Below, one piece after another: positions 27,167 through 41,442 of a stretch of DNA of 64,000 bases (its first letter is position 1; each line of letters opens with the position of its first letter). Origin of the DNA: Octopus vulgaris (taxonomy: Eukaryota); contig OX597823.1 of the NCBI GenBank assembly GCA_951406725.2, positions 22,816,001-22,880,000 of the forward strand, read 5' to 3'. Under the pieces are notes generated by a model, which worked only from the letters and a program-made list of their open reading frames with translations, had not been told where the DNA came from and did no database searches. The translations under genes were made by a program, and so were the position numbers.

Positions 27167-29649
27167 ATATAAAATTTGTGCCTGCGGTTTTAAAGCGTCA
27201 CCAATCAAGATGTACAACAATATAAAGTCGTTGTTGCATAATTCTTAGTCTAACCTCAAAATATTTTTACTCCAATTTACAAATCTAAATAGGAAACTGA
27301 ATTAATATGTTGGTTATATTAAAATTATAAGAAAACGATTATAAACTAACATAGCTGCCAAACATCTGTCGTCATTTGCAACAAAAGACAAACTATAAAC
27401 AATCGGACAGGGTCCCATGGTGCATTCTGTTTATACTGCCTCGTCAAAAGCACTCTCGTGTGGATTTATTTGTGTGATCAGCCAGCTTTCAGGCCAGCCA
27501 TAGATTAAAAGCGTATAATTAACATAACGGTAGTTCGTTATCTATTTACTGATAAAACTGTCTCTGTTTGGCCAATTTGTATCTGACAAAAATAATCGCA
27601 ATAAACCCTATAATTTTTTAGGGCTTCCGTCGGTCAAAGTTGATCATGCATATGCATACGTATGCACAGGTCTGGCAGTTGTGTATGCATGGGAGTCTCC
27701 CCTCTCCTCACCACCAATGTTTGTCCAAAAGAAAGGCTGCCATCTTAAGCCGATATAGTCTAGCACAGGTGTTATTGCAGGCGTAGCTGTCAGAACGTAA
27801 AGAGCCGGAACAAAAACCAAAAGGCATCTCGCCCAATTTTCTAACAGTTCCACCAAACCATCGCCATAGTTTCTACTATTTTATCAGCCTTCAACAGAAT
27901 TTGAGCTCAAAGTCTAGAGTGTCAGAACAAAGAGGGTGAAAGCTTTCTTTTCGACGCACTAACAACTCTACTAATTCACCACCTGAAACCTTGTTGTTAT
28001 CGGTACATATAAATAGTTAAGGACACGACTACTTGCAAAAATTCAAGTGGCCATTTTTTCATAAGCAACATTACTTTCTTAGTGAAATATTAATATTCAG
28101 TTATTGGAATTACTCCAACTGATAGACGAAATTTATATAAAGCTAGTTTTACACTAAAAGTGGAAGCATATGCTAAGAGTCGAAAATACTAAATATGCAA
28201 TGCGAGGATACACTAGACATTAGCAAAATCTGGAGAAGCATGTAAAGATGTTGCAAACATGATCTGTGAACAGTATTAAAACTGATACATCAAAAAAATT
28301 TTTTAAATGCATGTTTTCACTTAAGTGGGTTTAGTCCATCACAGCAAAGTCTTTAAAGCCACTACTTCATAGTATAATCGTGTTATTTAAAGAAATGATC
28401 AAGTACTGAGGCAGAAAATTAAAACAGTACAAAAATTACAATATCTTGACGTTAATATTACTAACTGCCACAGCGACCAGCAGAGGAACGTAAGAACGTA
28501 AGAAACATGATTTTCATGATTTTCATGATTTTCAGTTCAACAATATTGGAAAGAAGGCAAGAAGCGCCTATGAACTTTGACATGGTCGGTATTCTAATAG
28601 TGAACACGAAGAACACAAAGGCTGTGTTAATAGGAAACAATACGATATTGACTCAAGATGTACAGCAGCACTTTCATGCATGCTAGACCCAACCGAAGTA
28701 AACAAAATGGTAAATTTCAAGGGGAAAATTATGCTTAAAATCAAATATCCTGCAAGAGTATTTGTTCACAGCTACGAAAACGAGGAATGGATTCCTTATT
28801 GTATGGTATAGTTGATATGGTGGATTTCCAATATGGTAAGGATACGGAAGTTGTAGGTACTTTGGAAGTTAATCTTTACCGTGGATGATTCAATGATAAA
28901 TGAATCTCAAAAACTTCTCATGTCACATGTTGATGAAAATGTACTTTTGAGAGGAGGGTGAATGTAGTAAATAACGGTATCAAATTTTGGCACCAGACCA
29001 GTAATTTTAGTGGGAGGATATTAGTCGGTACCACCGATTCCAAAATTCAACTGATGTCAATTTTATCGGTCCCTAACCAATGGGAGACAAGTTCGACCTT
29101 GGATTCACAACAGAAAGAGCTGGAAGAAATGCCGCTAATTATTTTGTCCGACACGCTAATAGTTCTGTCACTTCGACAACTTAATGATAAGTGAAGTAAT
29201 AGTAATGTACCAATGAAATATATATTTTTGCTGTTTAGTATTTAAAATATTGTGAATTTTAACGTATCTGTGTATGTATATACATACTTTTATGCGCAAG
29301 TGCGTGTTGTGTATATGTGTGTGAGTGTATGTGTATGTAAGTGTGTGACGGTGCGGTATGTATGTGTGTGAGTGTGTGTGTGTGTGTGTGGATGTGTGTG
29401 AGGTTCCTGTGATAAATGTATTCAGCAGACATGTCACTCCTATCACCTACATATTAATGCAATCTACGTATAATACTTGTGTAATCAAACTAACTACAAA
29501 CCTGTAAATGCGACAAACGACTGGTGTGAAGAATCTGAACACACTCCTTACCAACAGTCCCCTGGAGCAAGATGAAGTTTACAAATTAAGGAAAATACCT
29601 GCAGGATAATTTGTACCAACATTTTTAATGAACTGCAGTATAATATAGT

Positions 29650-29820
29650 AAGGCGGCGAGCTGGCCGAATCGTTAGCATGCCGGGCGAAATGAGTAGCCG
29701 CATTTCATCTGAGTTCAAATTCCGCCGCGGTCGACTTTGTCGTTCATCCTTGTTACACACTGGGGTCGATATAATCGACTTAATCCGTTTGTCTCTCCTT
29801 GTTTGTCCTCTCTGTGTTAT
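29650..29820 (+). mobile_element. SINE family S2 (degraded copies also at ~27770-27985 and 28975-29175 on minus, 13395-13510 on plus)
   Basis: Matches 52175 and 5527-5748. Confidence 0.8.
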
Positions 29821-29861
29821 CATCATTATTATTATTATTATTTGCCGCTGCTCTTACATAC

Positions 29862-30057
29862 AGTCTTTTTTTCCACAGGTTTCATAAAATGGTTGTATGG
29901 TATTGCCCGTGGACTCATAACAGACGAACTGTGGATAGGAACCTTCACTGCGAGCTTGCTATCGAGCTGGTCCGCAGAGAAGGAACTTCCAGTTAAGCGG
30001 GAAAAGCAGTCTGGGGGTAGAAATGGCCGATCGTACTCTCCCTCACAGTATAGATGA
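29862..30057 (-). CDS. Candidate 196-nt internal exon of unknown host gene
   Basis: tttatttcgcttcag| ... ACT|gtatgt; the only open frame is phase 2 to 0: HLYCEGEYDRPFLPPDCFSRLTGSSFSADQLDSKLAVKVPIHSSSVMSPRAIPYNHFMKPVEKKT; GC-richer than flanks. Confidence 0.45.
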
Positions 30058-32178
30058 CTGAAGCGAAATAAACAATACACCGACACACTCTTGTTTCTGG
30101 TTATTTTTATGAATAGCTTAACAAAGCTATATCGTTCTAATTGCAATTTTTTCACCACTCATTACCAAAGCTGCAAAATAAAGAATAAACAACGAATGTT
30201 TATATGTTACCTATTAAAATATAGAATAAACATTTTAGCAAATTAACGGTATACTATGGAGATACGACTTGCGACATCTCTTCAGTGAAAATCTGAAAAA
30301 ACTTTTCATTCAACCTGGTAATTGTTTTAGACGCAAAAAATAGTTGCAAGTTTAGTGTAAACAATACCACGATTTTTCATTCAAGTTTGATAAAAATGCC
30401 AAAATTCTTTGAAAATAAGATTATTCTTAGATTCAAAGCATAAAATGCGAGTTTGCATTTATTAAATAGTACATTTCCCTTGTCGTTTTTAAAATAGAAT
30501 TTTTTAAGATATTAGACTAAAAATTGTTTTCTGTGTTCAATTTCATACCAAACAGCAATAATTAATCAATACAAATAATTCGTAATTAAAATAATAAGCA
30601 CGACTATTTTGTCTCAATAACAATTATTTTTCGTCTGCAAAAGGACATTGCCTGCAAAAATAATGGAGTGGGTGGAATAAATGTGGAGGCAGGAGTGATA
30701 ACATTCTTAATTGAACTTGGAAAAGTGCAGAACAGGAAGTGAAAATTTAAAAATATTGCTTCTGAAGCTGAAATTTGGATACAAAAATGCCTTTGTGTGC
30801 GGGGTTTGGTGGAAAAAGCAGGAAACGATTAAAGGGAAGATTAGGATGACCTTGGACAGCATGTTAGTAGTGCGGTCATATTTGAGGGTCCATTTTTTTT
30901 TACCTCCATAGAACACTCCTATGTAAAAGTCCAATTGAGGTCATACCTCATAGATTATGCCGTGTCTGAGGAAAATAAATTAAAATTTGTGTTTCTTGGA
31001 GGGAAGTTTATTGGCCAAACTGTATGGAAGACATGAGCTTTAGAGAGAAAGTTCCTTGGTATCAGGAGCTCAGAAGTATTGAACTTCCAGAGCTTCATGG
31101 GGAGGTATTCTGAACCCTTTGTTTCTAGTGGAGATAAATTTTCATTTTTAAAACCAGAAGATAAACCTCAATAAAACCACAACACGATTTACCTCCGACT
31201 AATTTCTAAGCTGAAAAGATATTACTGCTTCTTTGACCCTTACTGAGTAGGTTAAAGTGCATGTTGATCTCTTCCCCCACCCAACAAGATAAGCACATAT
31301 TTCCGCATCCCAAAATGTAAGTTCAGCTATGTTTAGTGAAACATAAGAAGAAAGCAGCTTACATTTTTTTTTTTTTGAAAGATAGACAACGTTACCCACA
31401 CCCACCCCACCACCACCACTATTATCCTCCATATGTTATTTTATAAGGGGTAAATATAAAAAATTCCATATAGGATTTTCTTCATGGAGAAGTTAACGTC
31501 TAAAGAGGGGACATACGTTTGAACGAAGCTAAAAACCTGTTTGGTCTTTTTCCAATTCCTTTTCTGTTTCATATTTCAATTCCAACTTCAGTTGCATTAT
31601 TTTAAAGATTCAACATTTTTTATCCTGTACTTTTCCAGATTCATTTAATAAAGAATATTATCAATCCTGTGTCGCATTTACCTGCAAGTATGACCGTAAG
31701 CTACAAGTATTGGTTTTCATTTAACATATATTAAAACATCTAAAAACTGGTGCTTCAGTCTTGCGAAAAATTACCATACGTTGAATCCAACAGTTTTGTT
31801 CTGTTTTTAACCTTTTCAGTCGGAATACAAGAACCTCCGCGGCGGGTAGAAGAGAGGGAAGGAAGTATCCCCAAATGGAAAGCCTAACCCGAATGCTTGC
31901 AGGAGTGGGAATTTGGTTAAAGGTACCCAAAGTGACAAGTAGTGTTGTTAAACTGGGTCCGCTACCCATGAAGGCCATTCTGGAATTTGAATCCAGAACG
32001 TAAGAGCAGGAGCAAATATCACAAGATATCTGGCCCAAGTTCCTTAGAGCTCCGCTAATCGACCGCTTTGAACTGGCAAATTTTAACGACCCTGATATCG
32101 GTAGTGTTGGAACCCGAAGCGTGATGGAACGAATACTAAGAAGCATTTTGAATATATGTTCGTGGGTGTGTGGGTGTG

Positions 32179-32233
<55 letters not shown>

Positions 32234-32518
32234 GTACATCTACGTATATATATATGCAACAAGACCTTCATGCACACATGTATGTGTGTGTTGCTAAGTG
32301 TTTGTGTATATGTGCTTGTGTGTGCTTGTGTGTATATGAAAAGTAAGAACGTATTTACGTCGTTGCATATCTTACATGTGCAGATCGTGATAATGGGAGG
32401 AAATAGCAATTTAATGAAAACTCTTCAGAACATTCTAGAAATATTCTACCTTTTGGAGTCCTAAACCAATATATACATCATTTCTCAGAGCTCTCGAAAA
32501 GCAAGTAAGATATATTAC

Positions 32519-32581
32519 CTGCGAAGAAAAACACCTGTATCACAATCATATCTTCGTAGCCGTCCACTTGATACTGTTGCA
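32519..32581 (-). CDS. Candidate 63-nt symmetric exon of the same gene
   Basis: ttcattcag| ... CAG|gtaata; phase-2 frame ATVSSGRLRRYDCDTGVFLR joins in frame to 29862-30057. Confidence 0.4.
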
Positions 32582-32646
32582 CTGAATGAATTATAGGTAT
32601 CAAACGTGTGTGTGTGTGTGTGTACGTATGTATTCATGTATGTATG

Positions 32647-32684
<38 letters not shown>

Positions 32685-32702
32685 CCTATAAAATACATAA
32701 TG

Positions 32703-32748
<46 letters not shown>

Positions 32749-32905
32749 TTTTATATATATATACATATATATAAAAACGTAGATATATATATGTGTGTAT
32801 ATATATATATGTAATATATATGTAATATATATGTGTGTGTGTGTATATATATATAAACGTATATACGTACATATATATGCACACATATATACATATATAT
32901 GTTGC

Positions 32906-32950
<45 letters not shown>

Positions 32951-34134
32951 CTGCGTTTGTGTGCGTGTGTGTCTAAACTAAAATTTATACACATATATTA
33001 ATATGCGAACTTGTTACAATTTGAAATTGAAATAATGATGTGTATTAGTTATAATGTATATACAAACATAGAATGGCACTTGGTGAAGTTTTTATTTTTT
33101 TCCTGGAAAGTCTTGTGTCTTTAAAAAAAATTACAGTGTTTGCTCAGAATATCGTCAACGGGTTGTAAGACATAACTTTATTTGGTTGCTTCAGAGACGA
33201 ACAATCATGGACATCCTGAGTTACTCTGGAAAACATTCGTTCTGATCTAGAAGTCAATAAACAAGACACACATGGATTTCAACGAACGCTATCCAAGCTA
33301 GAAGTAAATTGATATACGTCCCGTTGGTTAAAGCTACCAGAAGAATGATAATATTCTAGAGGCTACTGGTACTGTTCTACAGCGTTATATCAGTAACAAC
33401 AAGAGTTTGCTATGTTCCCGAAGTCCTTCACGTGCTTTCCATTTTTATTGGTGGTTCTGTTACAAGAGGAGAAAGAATCGCAGGCCCTAGATGAACATTG
33501 AAATCCTTACCTATTAAGGAAAGGGTGTTTGCCGTATTATATTGATTGAGGTAGTTCGTCCCCAATAGAATTGCCCATACAAACATACATACATACACAC
33601 ATACATAAATAAATACATACACACGAACGTATGTATGTATATGTACATGTATGTATGTGTGTATATATATATTTATTATATATTTTAATATATATACATA
33701 TGTACATATATATACATATACATATATTTACATATATACATATATACATGCATACGTACTAATACAATTTATACTTTTACATATACATAGACACACGCAG
33801 ATATACAGCAAAATCGGCGGGGGGGGGTCCACACTAGACTCCGTGAGCCACCTGACACATTCACTGGGTTAACACAGACCTGACTTTAGGTGCAACTATT
33901 CTCCACAGTATCACTTTACCTAATATACAGATATTACACCCAATTGTTATCTATGCTGTCACATAGATAACAACTCTTTCATCCACTCTACTGCAGAGGC
34001 GGCACAGCGGTGACACTTGCTCATTCCTCAGGTTGATCCTCCAGTTCGTGGCCAGAGCTTGGTCCTATGCTGCCAGTATAGTGCTCTCGGTCTCTTTTCT
34101 TTAGGGTTCCTTTCATCAGCCAATCTCACTTTAT

Positions 34135-34375
34135 TATTAGGGTGTTGCGCTCATGATCGAGAGATCGTGGTGTCAATTCCTAGACCGGGTGGTGCTCTAC
34201 GTTCTTGAGCAAACCACTTCATCTTATGCTGCTCTATGATCAGCCAACATCGATTTGATGGAGGGAGTGAATAAATGTGTAGCACATATATTTGATCACT
34301 ATAAACAAATCATTTGTGCAGGTCTTTCGGCATAAAAGCTGAACACTCATACGTCGTCTTTGACGGGAGAGTCTG
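34135..34375 (+). mobile_element. tRNA-derived SINE (related to S3)
   Basis: TTAGGGTGTTGCGCTCATGATCGAGAGATCGTGGTGTCAATTCCTAGACCGG tRNA-like head; (TTG)n tail. Confidence 0.6.
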
Positions 34376-35669
34376 TCATTATTGTTGTTGTTGTTGTTGT
34401 TCGTAACGAAAATGTTCTAAATTAACAGATTCTGATTGAGAGTGCCCCAGCGATATTTATAAGTCTTTGTATTGCTATTTTCTGGGGCGTGTATATGTTT
34501 ATAGTTCGTCAATTTCTTTAGAGAAATGGTTCTGATAGTTACAGAAGGTACGGTAGAAAAATTCCTTAACTACCATATTGTTCTCTGATTCAATAGCTCG
34601 ATCGGTGAAATTACTTAGCTTTGCAGATCGCTTCTGCACAATCGATTAATCATTTGATATTGCTATGTCGATAATTAGAACAGTGGTATAATTTTTGACA
34701 TGAAAGACGATGTCTAGTAATATTATGTATAATGGCTGTCTGTAATTACAACAAGAGAGTACACCCTGCAGTTTGAAAAAAGACCACGTAGTAAAAGACC
34801 CATACTGGATACTTGTGCGCATATTTTTTCACAAGCTGAATTAGTCATCCATGAAAGATCACGTAGTGAAAAACCCATACTGGATGCTGTATGCATAATA
34901 TGCACACAGGTGCAACAGCCCCAGCAGAACAATGCTGTTTTTCGTGTCCAAAGGGTGCTCATCAACTGCTGCGCTGAAAATCCAGTGAAGACGAATGCGC
35001 AAGAACGGAGTTATTGTTACCGTGATTCTTGACAAAATCATGTAGTATCATATTTGACACACACAAAATAAAAAAAAAAAACAAGGAAAATTCGCTCAAA
35101 ATCAGAGCAAGATAGTCATAGAAGGACTATGATAGAAATTTTATCAAACGTGTTACAAGGATAAGTCTACAATGAGAAAGATCTGGTTGTTCTTGAAATC
35201 GAGCTAATAACCACCATATAATACCATCTCAAGAATGATAGCACCTCCTATAGTATTATGTGGTCAACCAATTACCAAATACGGCAAGGCCTTATTATGG
35301 TGATAGAGCTTCTTGTGATCTATGTAGTAAAGTATCTATTGAAATCCTAAAGTATAATGCTCATTGCCTTTCGACCCGCCAATGAAATTCTTAGCATTTG
35401 CGTTCGTCGATTCTTCAAAACATTCCAGTTTTACAATAGTTCGGTATGTTTCGATGGAATAGACCTACATATTTACTACCAACCTGATTAGAGGGGCCCA
35501 TATTTCCCCTCACTTACTCTTTAACTTCGTCTGTCTTCAAACATTAGATCATACGCGGTTATTACATTCGGACCTATTTTTATTATTAATTTTATTAAGT
35601 AATGTATGTGTATGTGTGTGCGTGCTTGCGTGCGTGCGTGCGTGCGTGCGTGTGTGCGTGTGTGTGTGC

Positions 35670-35700
<31 letters not shown>

Positions 35701-35949
35701 CGTGTGTGTGCGTATGTGTGGTATGTGTTTTTGTCCCCACCACCGCTTGGCAACCGGTATTGGTGTTTTTGTGTCCCCTAACTTTGCGATTCGGCAAAAG
35801 TGACCGATAGAATAAGTACCAGACCTTACAAAGAAATAATCGATTCGTTCGACCAAAATTCTTCAAGGCGCTGCCCCAGTTTGGCCGCAGTCTAATGACT
35901 GAAACACGAAAAAGATAAAAAGATATATGTATGTATATATCTATATGTC

Positions 35950-35989
<40 letters not shown>

Positions 35990-35998
35990 TACATACAC

Positions 35999-36063
<65 letters not shown>

Positions 36064-36139
36064 AGCATGTGTGTGTGTGTGTGTGTGTGTATGTACATAC
36101 ATATATACCTTCACCTTTTATTTCTTAGTATTCTTATTC

Positions 36140-36393
36140 TTTTGAGGAAGAAACTGGTTCCTAACAAAGAAACAAAAATTCCATCACTGGAAATTAGATA
36201 ACAATATCGATAATTATTATCTATTGATCATCGAGGACGTCTTCCATATTTTTACTGTTTCACTTACAAATTGTATCTATTAACTTCGTATTGGCCGGTC
36301 GCTTTCTTCACTTGAAAATTTTAGCTTCTTTTCAGATGCACCAACAATTATTGGCATAAATATACATTTATAATCAGGGTAGAAGAGCTGCTG
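36140..36393 (-). mobile_element. Degraded 3' fragment of the (CATA)n-associated RLE LINE
   Basis: QQLFYPDYKCIFMPIIVGA; downstream UTR-like sequence (AAGAAACTGGTTCCTAAC..CACTGGAAATT) resembles 19989-20037. Confidence 0.6.
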
Positions 36394-36406
36394 GTATGTA
36401 TGTATG

Positions 36407-36440
<34 letters not shown>

Positions 36441-36925
36441 TGTATGTATGTATGTATGTATGTATGTATGTATGCATGCATGCATGTATGTATGTATGTA
36501 TGTATGTGCGTATGTGTGTATGTATGTATGTGTGCATGTATGTATGCATGCATGTATGTATGTATGTATGTATGTATGTATGCATGCATGTATGTATGTA
36601 TGTATGTATGTATGTATGTATGTATGCATGCATGCATGCATGCATGTATGTATGTATGTATGTGTGTGTGTATGTATGTATGTATGTATGTATGTATGCA
36701 TGCATGTATGTATGTATGCATGCATGTATGTATGTATGTATGTATGTATGTATGCATGCATGTATGTATGTATGTATGCATGTATGTATGTATGCATGTA
36801 TGTATGTATGTGTGTATGTATGTATGTATGTACGTACGTACGTACGTACGTATGTATGTATGTATGTATGTATGTATGTATGTATGTATGTATGTATGTA
36901 TGTATGTATGTTTGTATGTAAGTAT
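36394..36925. repeat. Long (TATG)n/(CATG)n compound microsatellite
   Basis: Directly visible. Confidence 0.95.
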
Positions 36926-37129
36926 GTAGACAGATTATTCCAATATTTTAAGTTGAAACAGTTACTCGCGAGCAGTATCTGACGTCAATTGGTCAGATGT
37001 TTGTTTTAGTATATAGTAAATATTTTACCTAACACATCTTAAACATAATACAATGAACGCAGCTATAGCAACAACTACAACAACTACGATAGCAACAGTA
37101 GCAACAACATCAATAATACCAATAACAAT

Positions 37130-37130
37130 A

Positions 37131-37180
<50 letters not shown>

Positions 37181-37184
37181 TATA

Positions 37185-37276
<92 letters not shown>

Positions 37277-37286
37277 TATAATAATA

Positions 37287-37369
<83 letters not shown>

Positions 37370-37424
37370 TATAATAATGATAATAATAACTATAATAATA
37401 ATGATGATGATGATGATGATGATG

Positions 37425-37503
<79 letters not shown>

Positions 37504-37520
37504 TAATAATAATAATAATG
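37130..37520. repeat. Compound (TAA)n/(TGA)n array
   Basis: Directly visible; produces the spurious poly-I/M ORF. Confidence 0.95.
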
Positions 37521-37644
37521 AATATTTATAACTGAGAGAGAAACCGTTTATGTTTGTGCAAATACGTATAGGTTTAAAAACATTAAAGAAACACTTCTTA
37601 AACTTAAACAGTTTCGATAAAAGAAAAGATAATAATCAAATATA

Positions 37645-38117
<473 letters not shown>

Positions 38118-38498
38118 CTAAATGCTGATATTTATTCCTATTGTTAAAGTCTTGCACATAATAAGGTCTTAATTTGATTTCGGTGACGAGTGAGATGTCT
38201 ACTGTTTAAGATAATAAGTTTTAAAATGGGCTGGGTGACACTAGCAATAGAGAGAGTGACTCTAGCATTGGAACAGGTTACCCTAGCATTCGGAGCGATG
38301 TGTCTGGTGAGTCAAAGTTTGAGTTTATTTCTGATAGAAGTTTAGTTCTGGAATCACTTTACTTTTCTGATTATAAATAGCTTTGTAGCAGCTTATTGGT
38401 AACAGCCCCCTAAACTTTGGTGAACCTCTCTGCATTAGGCTTATCTAACTTTGCATTATCTGCGGTCGAAAAAATAAATGAAGTGCTCTCTCAATCCA

Positions 38499-38613
<115 letters not shown>

Positions 38614-38639
38614 TCTTTCTTTTTTCCCTTCGATATATA

Positions 38640-39737
38640 TCAGGTTATCCGTAAAGTTCGTACCGATTTATAGTAGCTTATCTTTCGACTTATTTTAGAA
38701 CATGGTTGAGTCCATAAAATAGGATTTTACTACACCACCTTTTAGAGCACATTTTAAGCTATCTTTTCGTGGAAGAAGGTTTATGTTCCTATAACCTGTT
38801 TTAATTCTGTAATCCTTTAAAATGGAAGATATGGAAGTTCATTTTCGGCACTTGATGCTTTTCCTTTTCCGTAAAGGAAAAAATGCCTCCCAAGCAACCA
38901 AAGAAATATGCGCAGTTTACGGTGATGTTTCTTTATCCGAAAGAACTGTACGGAAATGGTTCGCAAGGTTCCAAGCTGAAGATTTTAGCCTTATTGATGA
39001 TGACCAAATCAAGTGATTAATTGAGAATAACCCACATTGCACAACCCGAAAATTGGCAGAAAGCCTCAACCTGTCAAAATCCGTCATTCATGAGCACCTG
39101 GTAAAGCTTGGGTACACAAATCGCTACCATGTTTGAGTACCTTATGAGTTGAGTGAGAAGAACCTTTTGGATGGCATTTCCATCTGTGATTCGGTTTATA
39201 AACGGAATGAAAACGCGCCTTTTTGAAGCAAATTGTGACAGGTGATGAGAAATGGATTATCTACCGAAATGTTCAGAGAAAGCGATCTTGGAGTAAGCGA
39301 CATGATCCACCCTTAGCCACCCCAAAAGCGGGTCTTTGCCCTAAAAAAGTCTTGCTTTGTGTTTTCCAACACTATAATGCAAGACCGCACGTTTCTTTGG
39401 GAACTAAACAAAAATTGCTGCAGCTCGGCTGGGATGTATTACCCCACCCTACATATTCACCAGATATTGCTCCTTCGGATTTCCACTTATTCAGGTCTCT
39501 GAAGAATAGTCTTAACGGTAAAAAATTTCAATTCCTTGGATGACGTAAAAAGATACTTTGATGAATTCTTTGCCATGAAACCACCTCAATTCTGGGAAGA
39601 AGGTATTTTCAAGGAAAGATGGAGATGCATTGTGCAACAAAATGGTTCATATTTGATTGATTAAAAATGTAATGGCAAGTATTTATTGACCTTTTTCTTG
39701 CCTTTAAAAATCGGCACGAACTTTCTGGACAACCCAA
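38640..39737 (+). mobile_element. mariner (DD34D) transposon, internally deleted
   Basis: TA-flanked ~30-bp TIRs (T(C/T)RGGTTRTCC..AAAGTTCGTRCCGATTT). HFRHLMLFLFRKGKNASQAT..TVRKWFARF, IVTGDEKW, H(Y)NARPH, YSPDIAPSDFHLF; deletion between KKVLLCV and FQH. Confidence 0.93.
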
Positions 39738-39751
39738 TATATACATATATA

Positions 39752-39927
39752 TTCGTGGCACTCCGTCGGTTGCGATGACGAGGTTCAGTTGATCCGATCA
39801 ACAGAACAGCCTGCTCGTGAAATTTACATGCAAATGGCTGAACGCTCTACGGGCATTTGTACCCATAACGTAGTTCTCGGGAAGATTCAACGTGACACAG
39901 AGTGTGACAAGGCTGGCCCTTTGAAAT
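39752..39927 (-). mobile_element. 3' part of SINE family S3
   Basis: Recalled as the body/tail following the S3 head (..ATTTCAAAGGGCCAGCCTTGTCACACTCTGTGTCACG..CGACGGAGTGCCAC); the link rests on recalled consensus, not a second copy in this window. Confidence 0.65.
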
Positions 39928-40966
39928 CCCAGTTTCGCACAGAAGAAGGCCTACTAACCCAGAAAGGGCAAAGCTTCAGATCAAAGAATAAGACAAAGGA
40001 AGGTATTCTATGTGACTTTCTGTTTGCTGATGATTGCACTCTGATTTCTCATACATTTGAGGGAATTCAGGAAACGGTCGGCAGGTTTGCTGCGGCAGCT
40101 CATGCATTTGGACTATCAGCATCAAGAAGACTGAAGTTTTATTTCAACCAATGCCTGGGGCAGAACATACTCAAGATTCAAACGTGATGAGTGACAACAA
40201 GCTACTCAAATGGCTCAGGTCATTCCAATATCTTAGCAGTACAGTAAACTTTAAGGGTGCTCTTGATGACAAAATCAATGTCAAAATATCTAAGGCTACA
40301 AGTGCTTTCAGAAAAGTTTCCAATTGTTTGTGGAATGAACACGGTGTCAGTCTGAAATGTAAAATAAGTATAATAGAAATCTTGTATTTTGAGTACACTT
40401 TTGTTTGGGGCAGAAGCCTGGACCCCCAACTACAAACATATAAAGAAACTTGAAACCCTTCACATGTGCTGTCTGCGCAATATCTGCAACATAAAATGAC
40501 ATGATAGGATATCAAATGTCAAAATCTTAGAAAAATGTGATATCACCAGTATCCAACCATGCTGCTGAGAATTCAGTGCAGATGGGTAGGACATGTTGTT
40601 AGAATGAAAAATGACTGCATTCTAAAAGAACTCTTCTGTATGGCCAACAAGTGGAGGGATATCTCAACAAAGGAAGACCTGTCCTTAGGTATAAGGATAT
40701 GTCGAAGCAATCACTGAAATCCCTACAGCTTAACTTGACATCTTGGGAAAGCCATTGCCTAGATCGATCTGCATGGCATAAAATGTGTCACAATGCATCA
40801 AAACAATCTGAGTTAAATAAAAATAAAAATAAAAGAATTATATCCTGCAATCAAGATACGTTTACCCAATTCCAGGCAAAATCAAAATCCCCAATGCCCC
40901 AATTGTGACTTCATAGCAAAATCCATACCTGGACTCAAATTACATTCACGAATCTATCGAAAATAG
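39928..40966 (+). mobile_element. RTE (BovB-like) LINE, 3' part of RT to C-terminus
   Basis: FLFADDC, FQYLSS, KISKATSAF, RWVGHVVRM, GRPVLRYKD, LDRSAW, terminal CPNC..GLKLHSR*; decayed. Confidence 0.88.
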
Positions 40967-41261
40967 ACGACGCTTCTTTTGTTCTTTTATTTTTAAAAGT
41001 TGTTTTCACTATTTTTGTTTTTATTCCTCTCTAATCACTTATATGTCGAAATCGACAGGAACGATAAACATAAACATTATTATTATTACAACTGTTATTT
41101 ATCATTTTTATTATTACTGTCATTATCATTGTTGTTAGAATTGTTAATGTTAGCGTTACACATGCCAGAATGAGCATTCTCCATATTGTTATTATCGTGA
41201 TTGTCTGTGTGCTGTATGCCACTAGCAAACTTATTGTTAACGTGGAGCCGTAATGACCCAT

Positions 41262-41442
41262 TAGTTAGGGCAGCGAACTCGCGGTCGTAGGACCGCGGTT
41301 TCGATTCTCAGACTGGGCGTTGTGTTTATTGAGCGAAAATACCTAAAGTTCTACGAGCCTCCGGCAGGGGGTGATGGCGAACCTGCTATACTCATTCACC
41401 ACAACAGGCGAACCCTGCTATACTCATTCACTCTTTCTTGTA
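41262..41442 (+). mobile_element. 5' head of SINE family S3
   Basis: Matches 7283-7450; has a short internal duplication of GGCGAACCCTGCTATACTCATTCAC. Confidence 0.85.

Noticed and set aside
34780-34895. Duplicated ..CACGTAGT.AAA.ACCCATACTGGAT.. reading HERSRSEKP, like a C2H2 linker
   Set aside because: Cys/His spacing wrong; equally like a decayed transposase RSGRP motif.
37053-37535. 160-aa poly-Ile/Met ORF
   Set aside because: Trinucleotide repeat artefact.
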